Shown one piece after another: positions 24,360 through 32,695 of a DNA stretch of 32,695 bases. The notes under the pieces were generated by a model that searched no databases, was not told the DNA's origin, and saw nothing but the letters and a program-made list of their open reading frames with translations. The stretch's first letter is position 1. The number at the start of each line of letters is the position of its first letter. A program made the position numbers and the translations under genes. Origin of the DNA: Basidioascus undulatus (taxonomy: Eukaryota); assembly GCA_000826855.1 (NCBI GenBank), contig JTLS01000089.1:1-32695 (forward strand). The letters are read 5' to 3'.

Positions 24360-25890
24360 AAATGCGCTCCTTGGGGGTCGCCTTTCTCGCTTGGGCCTGT
24401 TTCTTCCGATATGCATAGAAGTGAACGTCGGTGCCGAGCAGCCAGTCCCCTGTGTAATCCACAAGAGTTGCTATCAGGGGGCAGCAGTAAAACACGAGGT
24501 TAAACGGAAAACTTGTGTACTGACACCAATGCAACATCCACGAAGCCCGCCCGGGTGAGTCAGCTAAAGCGCGAGTACGAGCGAGAACAGACAATATCGC
24601 ACGCGGAAGGAAGAGGAGAAGCAGTCGTGGAATTTACCTTGGTGACAGTCGTCTGGAAGGGGCATCTACCTGTCAGTCTCAAACTGGGATCTTGCAGGCT
24701 CAAGGTCGAGCTTACGGTGATCAGCCCCGGCCCAGAACGGCAGGAACTTGTTCAACGACCACGAGAAATTGTAGCCACTGTGGGAGTCTAAAGCAAGCAT
24801 GAATCGGGATTTTGCCTCCGGTAAGAGGGTTGAAGATAATACTCACTGATGGCTTGGAAAGTCAGACAACGATCCACACATACATGGTGAGGATGTGCAG
24901 ATTAGATGATCGGGCCCCCCACAGTCCCAAAACCTTTAAACCGACTTCAATGGGGTGAGCGTATACGGCGCACAGAAGTATAGGTGAAATCCATGGCGCG
25001 TGTTAGTGGGGTTAAGCGAAGCAATCAGAAAAGGAAGACTCACGAGACCGAATGGCGCAGAATACTCATGGTGGAGTTCGTGTACGTGGGTGTGCAGCGG
25101 ACGACAATGGAGCATTCGATTAAATACGTAGTGCCAGAGGTCTTCGAAGACAAAGAAAACGGCAATCTGCCATGCCATCGTCGAGAGCGAGCGGAAGGGT
25201 AGCTGGTACGTCTTCATCCCAAAATGTTCGGCGATCCTGTGGGGTGCAAGAGAGCGTAGTCAGAATAAATTGGCAGAATTGGGGAGAAGGACGCACGGAT
25301 GGAAAGTCCAAATCTGGGGAAGCTCGATTGTCAAGTGCTGCAGAAGGACAAGTTTGGTGCAGCGCCACTGATCCCAGGCGAGGGGACTTTGGCCTGGGGG
25401 ACATCCGAAGAGTTAGAAGTAGGCTCGGATACTATGTATGTTATCGGTAGCCATGTGCAGGGGCTGGAGAAGATAGGGAGACCAGGCGTACCGACTGCAA
25501 GAAGTACTTGCGGAAGAAAGGAATCGCGTCGATTATGGTCCAAGACAGCGAGCGACCGAAGTAAACAATCTATGGGACCGAGTGATACAGGGTCAGAAAC
25601 TTGTTAGCTTGTTCCGCAAAATCTACGCGAATTGTAAACCGAAAAGACGAACCTCGTGCATCAGGAAGCTCATCATTTCTGTGGCGATGACGGGGTTGCC
25701 CCACCAGATGTAATATTGCGCCCAAAGGTTCTAAAGCCCCAAAATTCTTAGGAAACTCTCCAGAATCTCCAAAAATCTTTAAGCGAGAAGGACGCACCTC
25801 GAACCAGTTAAGGCTGTCCAGAGGCTACATTCTCATAGCCGCCACTTCGAAGCCTGGCCCGCAATATGTCGGTGTCCACCTAGCTGCCAT
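24360..25890 (-). pseudogene. ERG25: C-4 methylsterol oxidase (ERG25-like) pseudogene with introns
   Basis: LNWFE|, YIWWGNPVIATEMMSFLMHE|, QWRCTKLVLLQHLTIELPQIWTFHP, FFVFEDLWHYVFNRMLH...[52 protein letters not shown]...FSSSFR, DWLLGTD. His box 1 has H>N, box 3 has H>Q, TGA at 24862-24864, frameshifts. 3' end approximate. Confidence 0.9.
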
Positions 25891-25944
25891 GGTGAGCCAA
25901 TTTTTCTCTCAGATCGTGTGATAGCATGATAAGCTTATCCTTAG

Positions 25945-26542
25945 GGTATTCACTCGGCCATGGGAATCAACCTCGGTTGGCCATCAGTCAACATCGGGCA
26001 CCAGACCAAGCGCAGGTGCGTACTGAGCAACAAAATTTCCTAATAACCCCTCGAACTTTCTTGTCTTGTAGCGTTGCACATGACCGTTGGCTGGGCAGGT
26101 ACGAGCGTTTTGGGGATGATAAAGGGTGGTTGCTGATCCTGTTACTTCGTTTTTAGATACGATTCCGGGCGTTCTGATCTACCGCGACAGCTGGGTGATG
26201 TCATACTACCGCAAGCCCCATGTTAGTACTCTTCCATTCGTCGTGCTCTCGCTGCAATGAAGTCGCTGAATCTGGCGGTCCCAGATCATTGCCATCGGGT
26301 AGCTATTCTGGACTATCTTCGGGCTTCAGTCCTTTGGTTCTATGGCTCGCGAGAACACGCTGCGGGACGGCGCGTCGAAGCTGTGGGCTGAAGGCAGCAA
26401 GCTTAGACGAGGAGGAGAAGTGGGAGGAAAACATTCGGCTTGGTGATAGGCACCCGGAATGGAGATACCATGTAAGCTCCCTTCCGCCTGGTTTTTGGTT
26501 GGACCACTCAGCTGACGCAGGCCTTGGGTTTGCCAGATTTGA
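25945..26542 (+). pseudogene. ACS-family MFS transporter pseudogene, C-terminal part (about TM10-12 and tail)
   Basis: GIHSAMGINLGWPSVNIGHQTKR|, LHMTVGWA, GVLIYRD...YRKPH|, IIAIG* (TAG 26300-26302), LWLAR..., EEKWEENIRLGDRHPEWRYH|I*. The TKR loop and LGDRHPx(F/W)RY tail are typical of fungal ACS transporters. Confidence 0.8.
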
Positions 26543-26824
26543 TGGGGATACCTGCAACGGCTCCGCCTCTTTCCAGTCCAGTCGAGTCTCTGTAGAACCT
26601 TATATATAGACCGTTTCCTTACGGGCTCGAAGTAAACTTTCGTCAAATTGCAAATGCTTGCGGCGATGTAATTGCACAGCAAGTCATCTTCTTACAACAA
26701 TGCACTGTGGTGCACTTGCTTTCGTCACGCAGCGAAGCTTTTTGACCACCAAATTATTCACTCATACTAATAAAGAAGGTGCATAGCGTCTCAGCACAGA
26801 TTTGACTGTCGGAGCAGGAAGTCG

Positions 26825-27320
26825 TTAGTCGTGTTCTTCGCGCAGCGGCACCGAACCGAACAGGCGTCCAGGCTTGTCCTGGTGCTGGCGCGACGGATGC
26901 CGCGACTGAGAGTCACGTTGATGTTCGGGATGCTCGTTATGACCTGGGGGCGGGAGGGTGACGGGCGCCTGAGTCGGGAGGTCCGCCGTGTGTGGGCGGT
27001 GGCGGAGGAGGCGGAAGACCGTGCTCTCGATGCGGGTCAGGGCGATGACCATGCTCATGCTTGGGAGGAGCGGACCCAGGGGGAGAGTACTGTGGCCCGT
27101 GGCGATCCCAAGGCGCGTGATGCGGCGGCGGCAAACGCTCCTCAGGCGGAGCGCCATGGTCTCCGGGAGGAGGGCCGTGATGAGAAACGTGATGATGCTC
27201 CGATGGAGGAGGAGGAGGAGGAAATTCGGGAATGTGAGGAGGACTACCGGTGGAAGGGCGGCCGCGTAGGGGAGGACGGTGAGGAGGAAGCTCGTGAGGA
27301 CCGGGAGGAAAAGTTCGCGG
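26825..27320 (-). pseudogene. 3' fragment of a His/Pro-rich low-complexity protein gene
   Basis: PPGPHELPPHRPP...SEHHHVSHHGPPPGDHG...PPPPPPPTHGG continues after a frame change near 26950 as GHNEHPEHQRD...REEHD*. No credible 5' end; family not recognised. Confidence 0.45.
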
Positions 27321-27349
27321 GCTGACCCACGTTCCCTCTTGTCCCACAG

Positions 27350-27486
27350 ACGTCGACACCAATCTGAGCGCCTTCAAGGACTACTTCGCGTTCAACAGCC
27401 TGCGCGTGTACACCGATGCGCTCAGCCGGATGGGTCGTGGCGGAGGACTACTCAACGGTAGGATCAACCTGATTGTTGGGCTTTGA
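27350..27486 (+). pseudogene. Isolated last exon of a fungal GH16 (Lam16A-like beta-glucanase) gene
   Basis: Branch point GCTGAC (27321), pyrimidine tract and CAG acceptor (27347-27349), then VDTNLSAFKDYFAFNSLRVYT, resembling the GH16 C-terminal YVxNNPSAFxxAYFxFxSLRVY pattern. No upstream exons or donor. Confidence 0.55.
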
Positions 27487-28387
27487 AGCTGGTACGTGTA
27501 GACGCGACCTTTGTTCCAGTTATCTCGGTGCTGAAAGGATGCCCAAGTAGAGGCGACGGTCGCTGATGCCTGTAAAGGAGTCCATGTATGAAAGATCTTG
27601 ATAGATTAGCGTCGTGAATGAAGTGGAATCTATGTCGGGAAACAGCAGACCGAGTATTTTTCTGAGCAATCGTTGAAGAGGTAGCAGGGCAGGTCTGGCA
27701 GGCCGCTGAAAATGACACACGTGTGCGCTGTCGCCTCTGCGAGGTGCTTGTTTGTCCTATCTGGTACAAAGCGAGGGTAATATACGACAACTACAGACCG
27801 TCCCCTTTATATTCCCAGAGCTACATGAACACTGTGGGTGGTCTGAGCTCTGCGAGTGAGCATGAATGCCGCCTTCGCGTCTGATAGAGGAAGGGTGTCG
27901 TTCTCCGCACTATTCTGTCTTTACCAAACTTTGACCCTAATTCTACACATATTATTAATTTGAGGATCTGGGTCAGATGGACCTGTAGTCGACAGAGGCC
28001 GCGCAAGCGTTAAGTATAACCTGTCTCACACTCCCAGGCAGATCTAGTAGGATCTTGCAAGGACCAATATAAGTTACTCCTATAGGTTTTAGAGCCTATG
28101 GTCTGTACAATTATTACAAATGCAACGGTACATACGACAACAACAAATGGCAGGAAGCTAGGAAGACGAAGCGGTATCAGTGCACCAGGCAGCCGACTCG
28201 TCCGACTTGTCCGAGCGGCCGAGATGCCGGCCTTGTACGCCGTCGGCTGCCCCTTCGATATCCACGATATCGACGATGGCGTGCGCGTCTTGGCCGTTGG
28301 ATTCATCGTCCACGCTGTTGTCCACATCCAAATCTTTCCTGCGCGCGGGCCTGCAAAAGGTCTTCCTCTTGCCCTAACCCACCCACC

Positions 28388-31300
28388 ATGCCCTCCTCAC
28401 CGCCGACCGAGCGCTCCCCGCTCCTCGGGCGCTCTCCACCACGCCAGATCCCAGGGCGCCCCCGCCGTCTGAGTCACCGCGCGCGCAGGTTGAGCTACAC
28501 CGAGCCGCAGCAGCCGGACTATGTCGGGCGTGGGGACAGTGACAGCGAGAGCAGCGAGAGCGAGGACGACGAGGAGACTGTTGCCGGCGATGAGGGGGTG
28601 GTTGCGGATCGCTCAGAGCAGCAGCCGGTGGAGCAGGCGACCGCGAAGAGCGCTGCGGATCTGGAGGCGGGGTTGGAGAAGATGGAGGCGATTGGGACGG
28701 CCAGGGCGATCGTTGTTATGTGAGTTTGTGTGCTTGCGTTTGTACAGTTGCGAGCGCAGTGTCGTTGATGCTTGGTTGAGGCTGCTAGGGCAGGACTGTG
28801 TACCTGCGCGTTTCTGTCTGCGATTGCCGGTACGATCAGGCCGTCGAGGTTATGATAACGAACTTCTGGCTCACATACGACTCTACAATGAAGCAACGCT
28901 CGTCGCGACCCTCCAAGCGTCCATAGGTGCTTCTTTCAACGCGACTGAGCTAGGTCACTGTGCGTCCCCCATGGCGTCCACTTCCCATTCTCGCCGTCCA
29001 CTTCGCATCTTTCCATTTTTTCTAACTACTTCCCGGTCGAGTTTCTAGGCCTCGTACGTCTCCAGCTCATCATTCCTTCGCGGTGTTCCCACAGCTTGCG
29101 TTGACATTCTCACCGCAGGGCACCTCTTTCATGCTCTCCACCCTCTTCTTTTCGCCCATCTCCGCCAAGCTCTCCGACGTCTTCGGCCGGCGCATCGCAA
29201 TCCTCTCAGCCCTGGTCCTCTTCGGCGTGGGGACGCTACTCTCCGCGCTCGCGCCGACGATGGGCACGCTCATCGCTGCGAGGGCACTGTCGGGGTGCGC
29301 TGTGCTTCCTCCTGAACAAAGGTGCTGAAAGGTGCTGATGCGCTGAATGGGGATGGGTTCGTGGTGGAATAGGCTGGGCGGGGGCGCGATGCAGACTGTC
29401 TCGTCTATCATCGTTAGCGACTTGGTGCCCATGCACCAGCGCGGGCTCTTCCAGGTCCGTTCCCGTTCCCGTTCCCCCTCGTCCTCTTAACCACACGCTC
29501 TGACTCACAATCCGCTGCGACTGCGACAGGGTCTGAACAGCCTCGCCCGCTCAATCGGGACAGCCATCGGCGCCCCAATCGGTGCGTCCCGTCCCTCCCG
29601 CTCCCACTCAGTCTATTCACCCACTCACCCTCCCCTCCCCACGCAGGTGGGATCCTCGCGGACGCGTTCGGCTGGCGCTCCGCCTTCTACGCCCAAGTCC
29701 GCCCTCCCCCTCTGCCCACCCACTGCGACCTCCTTTCTAATCACTTCCCCCTCACGCCCGACCTCCCGCACTGCACAGCTCCCCCTCTTCCTAATCTGCT
29801 ACATCTCCGTCTCCCCAAACACGCGCTTCCTCCCCCGCCCGCCCCCCTCCTCGCTGCGCACCAAGCTCGCATCCATCGACTTCCTCGGGGCGTTCCTCCT
29901 CCTCGCGGGCTTGTCCGCACTCGTCCTCGGCCTGAGCAACAAGACGGCCTTGGAACTCCCCTGGGGACATTCCGCTGTTGCTGGGCTGCTGGGGGCTGCC
30001 CCTGTGGCGCTGGCGCTGTTCGTGTGGGTTGAGGCGTGCTGGGCGAAAGAGCCGATTTTGCCGCTTAGGCTGTTGAAGAATATGGATATCAGTGCGTGGG
30101 AGATGCGGGGGTGCGGGAGTGGGAAGGGTGGCTGATTGGGGGTGAGGGGTACAGCGTTGATCTCGATCTCGAACCTCCTCATGTTTATGGGGTTGCGTCG
30201 CTGTTTCTTTCCTTCCGCTCCCTTTTCTCCACAGCACTGGGACCTAATCCCACTCTCCCTCAGCTGGTTCGCAGTGACCTACAACTTCCCGCTCGAGGTG
30301 CGCTCCCCACCCCGCCAGCCCTATCTCGCCCACCCCTCCGCCAACGCAGTGCACGCCCCCCCAACTCTCTCCCCGGCAGTTCATCGCCGTCCGCCTGACC
30401 TCGCAGACCGAGGCAGGGGCGCACATGTTGCCCAACAGCGTAGCAGTCTCCACCGGTACTTACCCCTCCCCCCTTTCCTCCTCCCTAACACTCCCCACCG
30501 CCCGCGTGCTCACTTCGCACCACCCGCCCGCCAGGCTCCCTCTTTGCGGGATGGGTCATCGCCCGCACATTGCGGTACAAGCCGCTCTCCGTCGGGCTCA
30601 GTGCGTCGCTCGCGAATGCAGGTAGGCGCCAAGGCTGGCTTAGCGCTGACGGGCGGGGAAACGGGAACGAAAGGCATCTTCCCCATCGTCAGCGCCGCGC
30701 TCATCGCCAACTGGACGGAGCGCACGGGGTCGTTCCAATCGTGGGCGAACGTGCGTTTCGGCTGTGTGTGGAGGATTATGATGCGACGGTACTGACGGTC
30801 CCCGCCGCTGTGGTACAGATCGCCCTCGGCGGATTCGCACAAGCTGCCATTGCGAACTCCACGCTGAGTGCGTCTTCCCACCATGTCTTCCCGCTATAAA
30901 CACGCAAATGCTGACGATCAAACTCGCGCCCAGTCGGCCTCCTCAGCTCCGTCGACAAAAGCGACCTCGCAACGATCACCGGCCACTCCTTCCTCTTCCG
31001 GTGCGCCGTGCCGTTTCGCGTCATTGTCCATTCTTCCTCCTCGTACAAAGCTGACCCCTTCTTTGTGTTCGTGACACCCAGCACGCTCGGCTCCCTCCTC
31101 GGCGTCTCCCTCTCCTCCGCGCTCCTGCAAGACGTCCTCGCCAAGCGCCTCGCAGTGTACATCACGGGCCCGGACGCCGCTGATGTACATCCCCTTCCCT
31201 CCTCCCTGTCCCATCACACTCTGACGCCGCGTATCGGCCGGGGCAGATCGTCGACCGCGTCCGCCGGTCCGTTAAAGCGATCCACCACCTCCCGCCCTCC

Positions 31301-31504
31301 CTGCGCGCAGCGTGCACGGCCGCGTACGCCGACGCGCTGCGCGTCGTCTTCATTTCCATCGCCGCTGTGGGCGTCGTCAGCTTGGTGCTCCTCCTGCCTA
31401 TTCGCGAGAACCCGCTGGTTACGAAAGGTAGGAAGAAGGGGCGCGCGCAACAGCAGCAGCAGCAGCAGCGCCAGGGTGGGAATGCGGATGGACGGACTGC
31501 GTAG
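28388..31504 (+). CDS. 14-TM MFS transporter, DHA2 / vacuolar basic amino acid transporter (VBA/Fnx-like), about 17 exons
   Basis: N-terminal ERSPLL acidic dileucine vacuolar signal; KLSDVFGRR, ARALSGLGGGAMQTVSSIIVSDLVPMHQRGLFQG, GGILADAFGWRSAFYAQLP, IDFLGA, WVEACWAKEPILPLRLL, AYADALRVVF. Exons splice in frame to TAG at 31502-31504. Confidence 0.9.
31448..31468 (+). repeat. CAA(CAG)6 microsatellite encoding Q7 in the transporter C-tail
   Basis: Directly visible. Confidence 0.9.
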
Positions 31505-31784
31505 ATCCTATAGAACCATGTTACTTCGCTTTCTCCTGGGACCATGAACCGTTTCCGCGTTTGCTTGCGCTAGTAGGCTTGGAACTGTCGTCTGAGGTTT
31601 GGGTTGTAGACAAGGAAGCGCACCCGAGGTATCAGCGATCATTGCAGCTGTGGTAGAGTGAGCATTGGCCAGGCGATCTCGCTCTTCAAACTCGCGCGGA
31701 TCATGCAATACAGCAATATTTCAACATCAATGAAACGATCGAAACAGAAGAGCTAGGACTGCACTTCGACAGCGGTGCGCCAGT

Positions 31785-32695
31785 CTAGGCCGGCATAGGT
31801 CCAATGTCTCTTTCCGCCTCCGCCATCTCCGCATCTTGCGCCCCATCCGCAGCGTCCGCCGCAAGGGCCTGTAAACACAAAGCGCGCAAACCGGCAATCA
31901 GCATGCGGTACCCGAAAGCTGAAAAGAGTTGGTAAGGACTCACCGCCTCGTTCAGCTCCTCTGCCTCGCGCATGACCTTCTCCTCCTCCAGCCCCTCAAT
32001 CGCCGCCGTCCGCTCGCGCTTCTCCTGCTCCAGCACCTTATGCCGTTCCTGAAGCTCGCGCTCCCTCCTCTCCAAGGAGGCCACCTCCTTCTGCAGGCGC
32101 GCAATACGCGCGGGGGCGTAGGAGCGCTCGAGATCGGCAAGGCGGGAGAACGCCTCGAGGTCGGTGGAGGTCTGCAAGTGCGCGTTGAAGGCGTCCAGGA
32201 GGCGCTTGCTGAGCGCCTTGCTCCGCGCGGCGTACCCGCCCAACTGCACACCCAGCTTCTTCTCCTGCTTCGCCGCCTTCGCCGCGTCACGCGCGACGCG
32301 CGCGCGCGCAGCGTCGAGGTGCGCCGTCGCGCCCGCGATGCGCTGCGCGGGGGTGAGGGTGGACTCGGGCACGAACGCCCTGGCGTCCACGGACCAGACG
32401 AGCTTGTCCGACGCCCAGGTGGACTCGTCCGAGACGTCCGCCTCGATCGCAGCAAGGATGCCGCGCTTCACGGCCTCCTCGTTCGCGCCCGGGAAGCCGA
32501 GCGCGCCCGCCAGCTCGGCGTGCACTGCCGCACGCGCAGCGGCGAGCTCGTCGTCCTCGAACTCGCGCAGGTCGGAAGTCGCGCCGCCCGCGTGGCGCGT
32601 GCCGGGGAGCGGGTACGCGATCGAGTCGTGCTCAACGAGGCGGACGAGCTCGGCGTCGATCTCGCGCGCGGCGCGCCCGAGCGCGTCTTCTCCGG
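31785..32695 (-). CDS. CEF1: Pre-mRNA splicing factor Cef1/Cdc5L, 3' part (continues beyond the window); last intron 31869-31943
   Basis: EIDAELVRLVEHDSIAYPLPG, AAKAAKQEKKLGVQLGGYAARSKAL and LQKEVASLERRERELQERH match the Cdc5/Cef1 C-terminal coiled-coil region. Confidence 0.88.
   Translation of the reverse strand, partial: GEDALGRAAREIDAELVRLVEHDSIAYPLPGTRHAGGATSDLREFEDDELAAARAAVHAELAGALGFPGANEEAVKRGILAAIEADVSDESTWASDKLVWSVDARAFVPESTLTPAQRIAGATAHLDAARARVARDAAKAAKQEKKLGVQLGGYAARSKALSKRLLDAFNAHLQTSTDLEAFSRLADLERSYAPARIARLQKEVASLERRERELQERHKVLEQEKRERTAAIEGLEEEKVMREAEELNEAVSPYQLFSAFGYRMLIAGLRALCLQALAADAADGAQDAEMAEAERDIGPMPA

Noticed and set aside
26831..27325. 164-aa acidic plus-strand ORF
   Set aside because: Antisense mirror of the His/Pro-rich minus-strand fragment, with a non-ATG start.
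19400..28350. Autonomous transposon or Starship-like element as carrier of the pseudogene block
   Set aside because: No transposase, RT/integrase, tyrosine recombinase or Rep/helicase motifs, and no TIR, LTR or TSD seen by eye. A non-autonomous origin remains possible.
1..32695. Prokaryotic systems (CRISPR arrays, operons, defence islands), tRNA or rRNA genes, secondary-metabolite backbone genes
   Set aside because: The sequence is spliceosomal-intron-rich fungal DNA. No repeat-spacer array, structured RNA gene or PKS/NRPS/terpene synthase was seen.

Overview
Eukaryotic, intron-dense fungal DNA. High-GC coding exons, short introns with GTGCGT/GTGAGT/GTACGT donors and CTGAC-type branch points suggest a basidiomycete yeast, probably Rhodotorula/Sporidiobolales-like (inference). 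The supplied ORF track shows only exon fragments, so gene models were spliced by hand and family calls rest on recalled motifs, not database searches. Apparently intact genes: 3' end of NAP1, PAM17, an 8-exon orphan resembling the NHEJ factor PAXX (XRCC4/XLF superfamily), a monocarboxylate (MCT/MCH-type) MFS transporter, Mediator MED12/SRB8, a 14-TM VBA/DHA2-type MFS transporter and the 3' part of CEF1/CDC5L. Decayed genes: an SDR, an F-box remnant, and a ~9 kb block (about 19.5-28.3 kb). That block holds an FMO pseudogene, an ACS-family transporter split by an inverted, intron-containing, catalytically dead ERG25 copy, and a head-to-head junction of a His/Pro-rich fragment with a lone GH16 last exon. 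Best novelty candidates: the fungal PAXX-like gene and the nested pseudogene mosaic.
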